A model generated the notes under the pieces. It worked only from the letters and a program-made list of their open reading frames with translations. It was not told where the DNA came from and searched no databases. A program made the position numbers and the translations under genes. From Podarcis muralis (lineage: Eukaryota), in contig NC_135659.1 of NCBI RefSeq assembly GCF_964188315.1, positions 22,940,001-23,004,000 of the forward strand: a DNA stretch of 64,000 nt, in the 5' to 3' direction. Below, in pieces: positions 1-11,782 of the stretch. Position 1 is the first letter of the stretch. The number at the start of each line of letters is the position of its first letter.

Positions 1-95
1 GTGGATCCAGATCAGCAGTTCCACCAGAAACTGCATCAAGGGTTCATCAGCAATGGCAGATAAGCTTCTCTGAAAATCAGTGTTGCCCATCACAG

Positions 96-348
96 TGTCG
101 CCAGTATGGTGTAGTGGTTAAGAGCGGTAGTCTCGTTATCTGGGGAACCAGGTTCGCGTCTCCGCTCCTCCACATGCAGCTGCTGGGTGACCTTGGGCCA
201 GTCACACTTCTTTGAAGTCTCTCAGCCCCACTCACCTCACAGAGTGTTTGTTGTGGGGGAGGAAGGGAAAGGAGAATGTTAGCCGCTTTGAGACTCCTTA
301 AAGGGAGTGAAAGGCGGGATATCAAATCCAAACTCTTCTTCTTCTTCT
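96..348 (+). mobile_element. tRNA-derived SINE, Squam3B-like, near full length
   Basis: A-box-like TGGTGTAGTGG, B-box-like GGTTCGCGTC, core GCTGCTGGGTGACCTTGGGC, and 3' end GATATCAAATCCAAACT followed by a (CTT)n tail. A second copy is at 16588-16850. Confidence 0.85.
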
Positions 349-948
349 ATTAATTGCCCAGTTCTTCGATTTTTAAGGACCGTTTGTTGTGTTCAAGTGG
401 GCCAAACAGGGCCTCACAAGAGCTGAATATACACCACAGAACAAGACCCAGAATCCTCTGCAACACAGCTGGGGTGCTGTGCTGATCAAGCTAATGCAGA
501 AAGAAATTCTTTTGAAAGCAAAATGTTTGAAAACTGCTGATCTATGTCATCACTGTGAATTAATGGAATATTTTTCTTATACTACTATTAATTGCTTAGC
601 CATACCTTTCATCCATTAATTTCTTGATTTGCCACATCAGTAAGATCCTAAACAAGATACCTTGTGCTAAATATCTCTCTCTCTTTCATAGCTCCATTCT
701 TTTGGCACACGAGTTCAAATCTGAAAAGATCTTCTGACCTTAGGAATCATTCCCTGGGCTTTTAAAAGCCTTCTTTTATGTCCCTGCAAAACACAGTTCT
801 GAAATACAGTCGTCTTTTTTCTTTTCTTTTTAAGGCTGAGCTGATGTGGAACACTCTCATCTTCCTTTCATAATGATGATGATGATGTTGAAATTGCTCA
901 TTTTGGAAGCCAGAAAATATTAGCAAATTATCACAGAGTCAAGAAAAC

Positions 949-1370
949 ATGAGAACAACCCTGCAGGATTGCCACACCAAGTTCAGATACCTAGGGGTAC
1001 AAATAACCAGAAACCTCAATAAAATATACCTCAACAACTACAAGCCCCTGTGGCGACAAATAAACAAAAACCTACAGAGATGGAACAACATGAATTTCAC
1101 TCTCTCAGACAAAATAGTCATGATCAAATTGATCACCTTCCCAAAACTAACCTACCTATTCCAAACCCTCCCAATCTGGATTCCCCAAACCCAACTCCGC
1201 AGATGGCAGAGAAAACTACACTCCTTTATCTTCTCATACAAAAAACCAAGAATAAGCCCCAAATTCCTGCACCTCCCCACTTCAGAAGGAGGAAGGGGAA
1301 TCCCCAGCATAGAAGCATATTACATTGCCAACCAAATATGCCATATAATCCCATAATCTAAAAATGTTAC
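949..1370 (+). mobile_element. L1-clade LINE ORF2 fragment (end of RT and downstream region)
   Basis: 135-aa ORF containing FRYLGVQIT (YLG motif), LQRW..MNFTLSDKIVMIKLITFPKLTYLFQTLPIWIP and GGRGIPSIEAYY, typical of vertebrate L1/Tx1 ORF2. Truncated at both ends. Confidence 0.85.
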
Positions 1371-1425
1371 ATGGGGGGGGGGGGAGGAGAGACATTGCAG
1401 ACACTTTTGTAAATCAATAAAAATT

Positions 1426-1426
<1 letters not shown>

Positions 1427-1473
<47 letters not shown>
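1427..1473. repeat. (AAT)n microsatellite, about 15 units
   Basis: Read directly. Confidence 0.95.
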
Positions 1474-1479
1474 GTAGAC

Positions 1480-1720
1480 CCAACCCTGCATGATTAGACC
1501 AAGATCTATCTATGGTAGCGGCATCCTTTTTCAAACCATAGGGGGCCAGATACCACCACTAGTAGTTGCCCATGGTTTGTCACCAGCACTTGGTATTCAA
1601 AGTAATACTGCTTTTGAACATGGAAGTTCCACCTTATCATGACCAATAACCATTAGACCTGTCCTCCATGACTCTGTATAAGCTATGTAAGTTAAACAAT
1701 GTGTTTAACTGTCTTGAATC
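1480..1720 (-). mobile_element. Degraded CR1-type LINE 3' fragment
   Basis: Motifs ggtattcaaagtaatactgc and tagacctgtcctccatga resemble the antisense 3' end of squamate CR1. Boundaries approximate. Confidence 0.4.
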
Positions 1721-2540
1721 TGCTACCAGTCAGATGTGATTGACTGGCTCTGAGTTCTGGTAGGATGAGAGTGCATAACGGAGGACACATTTTGTATCTT
1801 TTCTTGAGAAATGAACACATATCAAATTACACTTGTCCGTCCATCCATTCATGCATGCTTTGTATGCTAGGAATATTTTGAGATAAATGGATGACCCATA
1901 ACTGAGAAGAAAAAAACACACTGGGAATTGCAGCGCTTGTGGGATTGTTCAGAGCTGAGTGTTTGCACTTGTGCCAGTGTTCCAACCCATAGACTGGATC
2001 CTCTGAGTCCTTGCCCAATGACAAATTGAAATGACTGGAAGGCATTTAGGAGTTTATTATAATCCTATTGTCTCTTGCTTTGTACATGTATGCCTGTCTG
2101 TGGCTGTATGTATTATATATACACATGCACTATCTCTGCCCATTATGAGATGTAACCAATAAAGGGCAATGAGAGCCAGTGTGATGTAGGATACAGAGTA
2201 TTGGAGTGCTGGATTTGAGGTGATGTCAGATTATATCACCGTTCCATCGGTGGCGCATTCAAAGATGCAAGTCACTACCTTGATGCCATGGTTATTGAGC
2301 GTTGGATATAGCTTTCTGTGAGCATATTTTCTTTACAAGGATAAAGATGGCCTATGGATACTGTCCTAAGCTCCTTATTTATCACAAGTGTGCTAAATGA
2401 ACAGACTTAGGTCACTTAAATGATAAAGAATAATTGCAGGACAGGTGTTAACTCTTAAGCTTGTGCTTCACATAGTACTTATAAACACAACAAATACTTG
2501 AGTCAGAGGATAATAAGCATTTATCCAGCAATACAGTATA

Positions 2541-2736
2541 CCCATATTTACTCAAGTCTAATGCACCATTGAATCTAATACGCTCCTCAGTTTTCAGAAG
2601 CTTGAAACCAAAAAAAGAAAAAGAAAAAAAGGACTTGCTGGCAAATGTAAATGTGCCATTGAATCTAATGCACACCTTAATTTTCGCAATGTAATTTGGC
2701 CAAAAAAGGTGAGCATTAAATTTGAGTAAATATGGT
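2541..2736. mobile_element. Tc1/mariner (Tigger-like) MITE
   Basis: TIRs CCATATTTACTCAAGTCTAATGC versus CCATATTTACTCAAATTTAATGC (21/23), flanked by TA on both sides. Internal direct repeat ccattgaatctaat occurs twice. Confidence 0.75.
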
Positions 2737-5657
2737 TATAAGCATACTCCTTTTGTCATCATCTTCTGGAAGACCACAAAGAGATAACCTCCGTATCTGA
2801 ACATGTGCATAACTTTCTTAATTAATAATCTGCAATCCCATATATGCATTTCTTTAATTGAAGAAGCCTTATAACATTTTCTTCCAGTATAAATGAAAAT
2901 TATTCATTGTCAGAAGCCAACCATTCATCTTGTCAAAAAGACATACGATGTTAGCTTAAGGGCGATTTCTAATAACGACATAAGTGACATTTGCCTGCAT
3001 GGCATTGGCAAGGCTACACATACATCTTTGTCAAACTGTCAGAATTCGCATGTGCTAACGTTTGGGCAGTTTAAAGAGCAATGAAGTACTAATTGTAGCC
3101 CAAAGTTGATATCATTTGTCTGCAATCGTCCTTCCCCTGCACTCAAATTTTGCCTACCATATTAAGCAAGAATTGTTTTGATGTGTGGGTTTATAATGGC
3201 CACTAAAACGAGCCAAAGAAATACTGGGTTGCCAAGCATTTTATCGGCACTTTGGGTGTTCTGTGGACTGGACTGAATAGCCCTGTAATATACACAGATG
3301 CTTTTAACTTTCCCTGTTCCAGTTCCCACTGCTTGTGCCTTAAACATTTTACACTCTTACGTCACTTAAATGTTTTCCAGATCAAACTAGTAACTGGCAA
3401 AATGTTCTTCCATCCAACCCTAATTCCCTTTCCTTTTCCCTTTCTCATTATGTCTTCTTTGAACTATAGCACTCATTATTACATTTATTGTGAAACAAGA
3501 AATACAAAAGTAGCATCCCCGTTGCAACATTGCCGTCCCCGCTGTAACTCATGGGGAATAATTGCTGTGTGGATTTGTGCCACCCATAAGCCGACCCCCA
3601 CACTTGTGCATCCCATATATGCAACACGGAAACATTCAAACACACAGGCTCTACCAAGCAGTCTAGTAGTGGGCAGACCATCATTTGTAATTGGGCTCAG
3701 CCTAACTCAGATGTCTTCTTAAGAAGTTAGAAAAAGCCCAATTCAACCACATCACTTTCTCAAATAATCAGGAACATGAAGGGGTCATGTTCATTCCACT
3801 GTTACATATACTGTTCCAGTAGCATCACACAAGACCTAGGAACCATCCTGGGACTCCTAACACCCAAGCTGCAGCACATCTTATTGATTGTATTGGGTAG
3901 AAGTCAATTAATTCCCATTGCGCTGGAGGAAGGGCTTCTAATCAAGTGGGTGCCTCCACTAGTGGATGAGGCAGGGAAGCACTTTTTGCTGGTTTGTTCA
4001 CCACTCAGCAGAACTTCACACCATCTTCCACCCTGCTCCAGAGAATACCCCAACTATCTGAATATGATTTTTTAAAATTTGTCATTGGGGCAAAAATTGT
4101 CTCCCCTCCTTTTTTTGTTGGCAGAGGCATCTGCAGAATCAGAAGCTGCCGGGGGACCTGCAAGGAAAGCAACTGGATTCCATCAGCTATACAGAATGTT
4201 TTTAACTGCATGTCACTAGGGAAAATGCTGTAGGTGTGTGGGTAGATATTTTGAAATAAATAATAATAAGCTAGTTTAAATATCTGGCATAGATATATCT
4301 TTGATTGATCTGGAGAATAATGAATCTCAGCTGGTTCAACTTTTCCATCCCTTGCAGCATGTCAAAGTCAAACTGTACCTGCCAAAATTCCTGCCTAAAA
4401 AATAACAACCTATTTGCATTTACTCACCCTGCAAACATACTATATGCTTCTTTTGTTTTGACCCCTCCCCTCCTTCCCAAAATAGTTTTCACTTTAGGAT
4501 TCTCCAAACCTTGCAAGAAATAATCTAGTTAACCAAACAGCCAGATTACCGATAGCTGCATTTTAATCTTTCCAATTATGCTTCAGCTTGTCTCATCAGC
4601 ATCCAGGACTGAAACCAGCACCAGATCTAATTAGGTGAAATAATTGCATCTTACATTGCTCCAGACTGTTTTGTGTTTTGTTTAAATGATAATGCAGTCA
4701 TTAGCATGCTTGCTTGTATCTGAGGGGGCATACAGATGTTTGGTTAATAGACTGAAATGTTCCTGGTGACCACAAGATGTCAGCCTTACCTGAGCAAGAA
4801 CAAATGGTTGAAGAATCATTCTGCTCAAAAGAAAGGGAGTAGTATTTAATTTGCCAGCTTTTTTGTTTGTTTGTTTTAAAAAAATCTATTATTTTAAAAT
4901 TCTACGATTCAGAATCATGCCTCAGTTAAACAACTCAGTGGTTTAATAAAACAGGACACTTTTAGCTATCTGAATGTTGGGTTATCCTGTCCAGTGGTGA
5001 AAAGACAATTTGAACTTTACCAGTTTGGCATTAGTGAGGGGGACAGGGATCCACCTATTACAATTCCTGCAATCATTGCAGCACTGTGCTTGGAAAAACT
5101 ACACTTGCTCATGTATTGCCTTTGCGGCAACAATAAAAGGAATAGGACTGTCGCTTAAGGTTATAATCCTAAAACATGCTTATTAGGAGTAGTCCAGCTG
5201 AACTCAGTCAGATACCTTAGCTTACATGGGTGGCATCACTTTATAGCTGCAGTTGAAGGCCCACATGTTGGTGGTGCTAGGGGCAGTACTATTGAGATAA
5301 ATGGGGAATCATTTCCAGGTAAAAATGGCATTGGGGTGAGAACCTAGTACTGTATAGGACTAGAGGCAATCCAGTGTAGCTAAACTTGAGATCATGAGAA
5401 GGCCTGAAATGCAAGAGATGTGCTTGTTGAATGTCTGCTAAGTGCTTCTCTGCTACTTTGCAGATGCATGACATTTATGCCCTTGCAGTCCATGTGAGCT
5501 AAAATGGAAAAATGAGCACAAACAAAGATGGCAAGGCTCCTGTACCCTTTAACTATCATGTCAACAAACAGAAATTCAACTCCTTTTATCTATCCACTTT
5601 AATGGTAAGCAAAACTCCCCATTTGCCTGACTTCCGTTGGAGGGGGCGGGGGAAGAG

Positions 5658-5819
5658 CATGCCCTCCATGTATCCTGATTTTTCAGGGACAGTCTCAAAA
5701 TTACGAAAGCCATCCCTGAATGTCCCTTTTTCTCCCTGCTGCTGCCAAGCTCAGGGAGAAGGAGGATGAACTGGCGCTTGGAATGTTCTTGGAACATCTT
5801 AGGAATGTTGGAAGGTATG
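5658..5819. mobile_element. MITE (probably hAT-like)
   Basis: Imperfect TIRs CATGCCCTCCA / TGGAAGGTATG, with gaagag on both flanks. Confidence 0.45.
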
Positions 5820-8800
5820 GAAGAGACATGAAAAAAAGGGAACTAGTGTGAGCAGCTGCAGCAACCTGGGGCTTCTTCTCGCATCAGTGCATTTAAAAGC
5901 AAACTGAATGGAGAAAGGGAGTGAGACATATTGTACCTGCTAAAGAGCTCAAAAACAATTTCCTTTACCTGGACTTAGGCCTTTTCCTGTGGAATAGTCT
6001 GCTCACGAATAAAGGCGTCCTTACAAGTGAAGCAACAGAACATCCTCTGCTTCACATTACCATCCCTAGGTTGTAATCTGGCAGCCCTAAATTTAGCAGG
6101 GGAGGGCCACCCGTATGAAAAGTTTAGTCAGAGGGACAGAGTGGGGTTTTTTTAATGTAAAAAAGTACTGCGTCTTGACACTTCATTCCTGTCATTTCAG
6201 GTTTTTGCTCACCCATGGTCAGGTGTAAAAACAAACCAATGCATTATCCTCTCTGTATATTCTGTTCCCATGACATCAACATCATTCCTTTAAAGCAAGC
6301 AAGCAAGCGGCTTCACCCAAAGAAGGTTGGAGCTGTATTTTATTAAGAGTTTTGCAGATCTGTGAGGCATAAACTACAGTTTCCAGGATCCTTTAGCGGA
6401 AGCCAAGTGCATTAAGTGCATGCTGTGGATGTGACCTTGAACATGCAATGAGGTAGAGCTGAGTTGATGAGGCTGAGGGTTTTATTTATACAAACAAACG
6501 GCATGTTTATTAAATAAGTAACGAACAACGCTGGCATAGTGGCTGCTTGTGCGCCACATAAAAGAGGGCTTGGATTTGCATAAAATTGCACACTAATTTT
6601 ATATGTATTGATGCAAATTTAGAAACATTTGCTATAATTTAAATAGAAATATGGTGCACATCACCACAGTGGGGAAGACTGGGACCAGCTGGCCTGTGTG
6701 CCTTTTCAGTCTGCTGTCCGAGTGCTCTCAGTTGATAGGCCTCTTGAAACACCGTGCTCTCCCTTCTTACAGTTCTTTATCTCTAAACAGGGCTTGGACT
6801 GGACTGGACTGGGCAGGCAGCCCTTCAAACAGAGGGCACCTTCACACAGAGGACTGACTGCATAAACTGGGACACCTGGCTACCCTCCACCCAACTTGAA
6901 CAAGATAAAGCTAACTGAGCACAGTAAAAAAAAAAAAAAAAAGCCACAGTGAGGGCCTTCTTGCGGCAACCATTCAAATGCTACTGAAAAGCATGACAAA
7001 TTAGAGAAAATTAAAGTCTCTTCTTTCTCTTCCACAGCAATACAATCTTAAGTACTGCGGCTCAGTTAAACAGATTACATACTCAAATGTTTTATCCTTT
7101 CAGCTATACATTTGACTCACATTGAGTTCATTTAAATGGCTGAAATGTGACGAATCGGGCCGGAAAGGGGAAAAAAAAGTTTGGTAATGCGTTTGAGCAA
7201 GAGCTTGAAATGTCATTGTTTTCTTGCTCTCTTCCCCCCCTTTTCTGTTTATCTTTTATTCTGTAGTGAATGGAAAGTCGTGTTCAGTCAAAGGCCTCAC
7301 TTTATTATGATTTATGGGTCAATGATATTGCAATTATATCACTTTTTTGCCCAGTGCCTTTCCCCTTTCTTTACAGACAGAGAGGTGCAGGCGGGGGCGG
7401 GCTCTCTCTTTCTGTTTCTCCATTTCTATTTTCCCTTGCTCCTTTGCTTTAAAAAAGCTGCTAAATGTATACATGCCGGTCTGGCAAAGCTCTTCCTTAC
7501 AGAGAAAGTGCACGGACCTAGTCATGATACCACATGCAAGGTTGATGCTGAAAATGGCAACCCTGTGCTTTGTTACCCCAGTTATGGAAATGTGTGAAAT
7601 CATGCCATGCACACTTCTCTCATCCTCCAGCCTGGCATGAAAGCAAAGAAACCATCACCATATCACACGGTCATATCAATCATTCCCGTAACTAGACTAT
7701 GGAGACAGAAGGAGTGGGGGACTCAGCAGGGCTTTGTCATTTTTAGTGGCAACCTTGGGGAGGTATTTTGTACATTCAGTGAATGTGTGAAGTGGGTGAC
7801 AGGAATATACCTTCTGCCCATGCCTCCTACACCAATGAAGCTGCTGGTCATGCTGCCAGTACCCTGCAAATGCATAAGGCTCCTTCACTCCTGACTGGCC
7901 TATTTTTTGGGGAGAGCACTCTGTGCATACAGCCCCCTTCCTCCTTAACGATAAACCTCTGATTTCCTGGTAAGTAGATTCGTTGGCACAGGAGGGTCAT
8001 GGCAAAGACATGAGGGCTTTTGTATGAACTTCTCTTTTTATGCTTGTCTACTTCCAGCCCCAGGCTACTGTTAAAGGTACAGAAGGAAGGAATTGTTGGG
8101 AAATCAAGCATTCCTAGAGTTGTTTTCGTAACAGTGAGAGAACTTATGGACAGAGTCACATATGCAGAGAGTTTGTTCATATTATTACAGAAAGCAGAAC
8201 TGCGTGTCTCTCAGCCATCTTTTAGTCTCAGTCCTTCCTTTTAGTTTCAAAAATGAGCATTTTAAATATATATTTTTTAAAAAATTATATAGCGCTTGAC
8301 TGTGGAAGTGGTTTACACAAAAAAGATAGGACACCAAAATCAAGAAAAATCTCTTGAGAGTAAGAAAAGTACAACACTGTTCGCTCAAAAGAGAGAACCG
8401 ATAGGGGTAAGTCGCTTGAGAGAACTATAATTGAAGTGGTTGACATTTTGTTTAGATCCACTCTGCACGCTGCAGTTACTGCGTGAGGCAATAAGTAGCA
8501 GTCATCGGGTTCCCAAAGCAACCTGTTTTCTAACATATTCAATAATCAAAAGTAGGCAACTAGGTACCTGTAATTACACCGTGGTCCCAATAAGCTCCTT
8601 GGTGGCCTACATGTTTTGTTGGTATAATCTGCAAAGTTAAAAAGGGGGTATTCCTTGAGGAATCACAATCATCATCTAGACACATAGAGCTAGGTCAAGG
8701 ATTCTAAATCAGAGGCAATGATACTCTAGCAATACTGAGCCTTTAAAAATTAAGCACCTCCTTCATTTATGTTGCTCGTGGAGGGTGTGAAAGCTTTACT

Positions 8801-9095
8801 TTCAGCTATCCTTCTGTTCCCCTTCACACACACCCTATGTCACATGACACCACATTCACTGGGGTCCCCTGACCTATGGGGGAGAGGATGGGACAGGAAA
8901 ACCACCTGTTTATCCTCTTTCACCAGTTTCTCTAGAGCTAACCCATTGTTAATAATTTATTCCATGCATTATCATAATGGCCCTTCAAGGAAGGTTTGTG
9001 TTACTACTACCTGCATATGATAGACTGAGATAAAACTGGCTTGGCTCAAATAGTGGCTCAGGTAACTCTTAAACTGGGGCTTCACCTGTGCTGAA

Positions 9096-9593
9096 AAAGG
9101 TAAAGGACCCCTGACAGTTAGGTCCAGTCACGGACGACTCTGGGGTTGCGGTGCTCATCTTGCTTTATAGGCCAAGGGAGTCAGCGTTTGTCTGCAGACA
9201 GTTTTTTTGGGTCACGTGGCCAGCATGACTAAGCCGCTTCTGGCGCAACGGAACACCGAAACCAGAGCAGTGCATTGAAACACCGTTTATTTTCCCACCA
9301 GAGTGGTACCTGTTTATCTACTTGCACTTTTTTGACGTGCTTTCAAACTGCTAGGTTGGCAGGAGCTGCGACCAAGCAACAGGTTGTTGTTTAGTCGTTT
9401 AGTCGTGTCCGACTCTTCGTGACCCCATGGACCAGAGCATGCCAGGCACTTCTGCCTTCCACTGCCTCCCGCAGTTTGGTCAAACTCATGCTGGTAGCTT
9501 TGAGCAACAGGAGCTCACCCCATAGCGGGGATTCGAACTGCTGACCTTCTGATCAGCAAGCCCAAGAGGCTCAGTGGTTTAGACCACTGAGCC
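9096..9593 (-). mobile_element. Sauria (Squam1) SINE, interrupted by a Bov-B fragment
   Basis: Antisense (ACCTTT)n tail (aaaggtaaagg), body tgctttcaaactgctaggttggcaggagc, and head ggggattcgaactgctgacc. Split at 9384-9502. Confidence 0.85.
9384..9502 (-). mobile_element. Bov-B (RTE) LINE 3'-terminal fragment, 119 bp
   Basis: The reverse complement ends GGGGTCACGAAGAGTCGGACACGACTAAACGACTAAACAACAA, the Bov-B 3' end. Perfect 9-bp TSD agcaacagg at 9375-9383 and 9503-9511. Confidence 0.88.
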
Positions 9594-11087
9594 TAGCTCA
9601 GTTCATCTGTGCCTAGCTGACTCCTAAAGCAATTTGTTGCTGTGTGGAATATGCAGGCCAATCTTAGGCATATTTAGTAAGATTGTGTAATTGTGCCAGA
9701 AGTAGGCTTATGTAGGATTGCAGCTGAAGGCTAAGAAATAGAAAGATTTCATTGAATCTGATACAAATGGACTTAGAAACCAGCCCTCTTATTTCCCAAC
9801 CCAGTGTTCAGTCTACCGGCCTGCTCTCACGCTCACTTCAAACCAAGAATGGAGAGAAACAGCACAGTTAACAATACATTTGGTATTTGTTAGAAAGCAA
9901 GTGTATTTCCCTGTTGGCTGCCTAGTTATCTCACAATAGTGTCATAAATAATTGTTCTGAGGGTGGGTGGGGTGGAGGGCAGTGCTTTTTATCAGAAAAA
10001 AATCATGCCAGTTAAGATAGCTCAGTACAAAATGCTTATGTAGATTAAGACGGTTGTGGTGATGCAGCGGACGGCAGCAACTGTGGCGGCGGCAGGCAAA
10101 CAAACAAGCAAACTGCAGGTGCAAACAGCTTGATTTGGAGAACTTCATTCTCCCTCTGGATTGAAATGGTATCCGCTATGCTGCCCTTGCTTTTGAAATT
10201 AAGACATTTGTCACCAGCAGTGCTGTAGCTGTGGGAACGTTTGAAAGAAGATAATTTCTATTCTGCAATAATGCATGACAAAAGTAGAAATGCAGGAGGA
10301 AGAAATGGCACTGGGAAGGCAAGCCTTCTGGGGTTATTTTGTCACTTCCCCACGTGGAACTGTCCCCCCCCCCCCCGACTCGAAGCCCATTCAAATGGGC
10401 TGCAGTTACAGTTGCTGAGTTCTCACCTGGAACTGGTGACTTGAAATAGGGCTGAGGCAACAAGAGAGGATTGAATCAGTTGCTTGGCTTGGCCCTAGTA
10501 TTAAGTGGGATGAAGTGGCTTTTAGGCGGTTGGTGATTTGAACAGTAACCAATAAAGAACAGCAAATTGACAATTGTTATCATAATGATACTTTTACCAC
10601 CATGGGGAAGTTGCAAGTTGGACTATTCTGCCTTGGCCATCAAAACGTCTTGGCTGCCTCTACCTTCCTGCTGCAAGAAGTTTCCTTATAAAGTGTCAGA
10701 TTCTTGACTAACCTAGCTCAGTATTGCTTAAAATGACTAGCAGAAGCTCTCTACCCTCCAGTTCCATAGCCATGCATATGTACAAGACCTATTTCTGAAA
10801 ACATGCTTAAAGAAATATGCTGTATAACAGCGCCTGAGAGGTGTATTTTTGTAGGCATGTAGGGTTGCCACTTTCCCTTTCAGGAGTTCTGCAGGGTGCA
10901 AAAGCTCTTGCAAGTTGCCTCTGAAGCAGGGGATCACCAGCATGGCACCAGTGGGCACACATCTGCCCACAGAGGTCCTCACTTGGGCACACATAGGTAC
11001 TTTACCTCCCAGCCTGTACTTGCAAACTCACTTTGTATAGCATTGTAAAACTGCCAAGACTTTGTGGGCAGCTAATTTAAAATGAGA

Positions 11088-11451
11088 GGGACGCGGGTGG
11101 CGCTGTGGGTAAAAGCCTCAGCGCCTGGGGCTTGCCGATCGAAAGGTCGGCGGTTCGAATCCCCACGGCGGGGTGCGCTCCCACTGCTCGGTCCCAGCGC
11201 CTGCCAACCTAGCAGTTCGAAAGCACCCCCAGGTGCAAGTAGATAAATAGGGACCGCTTACTAGCGGGAAGGTAAACGGCGTTTCTGTGTGCTGCTCTGG
11301 CTCGCCAGATGCAGCTTTGTCACGCTGGCCACGTGACCCGGAAGTGTCTGTGGACAGCGCTGGCCCCCAGCCTCTTGAGTGAGATGGGCGCACAACCCCA
11401 GAGTCTGTCAAGACTGGCCCGTACGGGCAGGGGTACCTTTACCTTTACCTT
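11088..11451 (+). mobile_element. Full-length Sauria (Squam1) SINE
   Basis: Starts GGGACGCGGGTGGCGCTGTGGG (A box), has GGTTCGAATCC (B box) and ends (ACCTTT)n. 13-bp TSD taatttaaaatga at 11073-11085 and 11452-11464. Confidence 0.93.
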
Positions 11452-11604
11452 TAATTTAAAATGACAACATTAAGCAAGGGCTGAAGGGCCACAAACAAAC
11501 TGTGCTGCCTCCTGCCCAAGTCACACCCAGGCCAATGTCCTCTAAACTTCTCCTGTGTGAAGTCAATTCCACCAAGGGCTTTTACAAAGTTCTTTCCTTC
11601 ACGC

Positions 11605-11782
11605 CATAGCTGTCAACATTCCCTTTTTTGGCGGGAAATTCCCTTATTCCAGCGCTGCTTCCCGCTGCTATCCCAGATTGTTAGATATCCCGTAGACTGT
11701 CCCCGGGACAGGTGAGGCTGCTGATCCCTTATTTTCGAGGTTGCTGATCCCTTATTTTCAAATCTGAAAGTTGACAGCTATG
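11605..11782. mobile_element. hAT-type MITE
   Basis: Perfect 13-bp TIRs CATAGCTGTCAAC / GTTGACAGCTATG. 8-bp flanks cttcacgc / cttcatac (6/8). Internal duplication gctgatcccttatttt. Confidence 0.8.

Noticed and set aside
96-170. tRNA genes at SINE heads (also 11088, 16780-16850, 30399)
   Set aside because: The A/B boxes run into SINE bodies and tails, and no cloverleaf acceptor stem is present.
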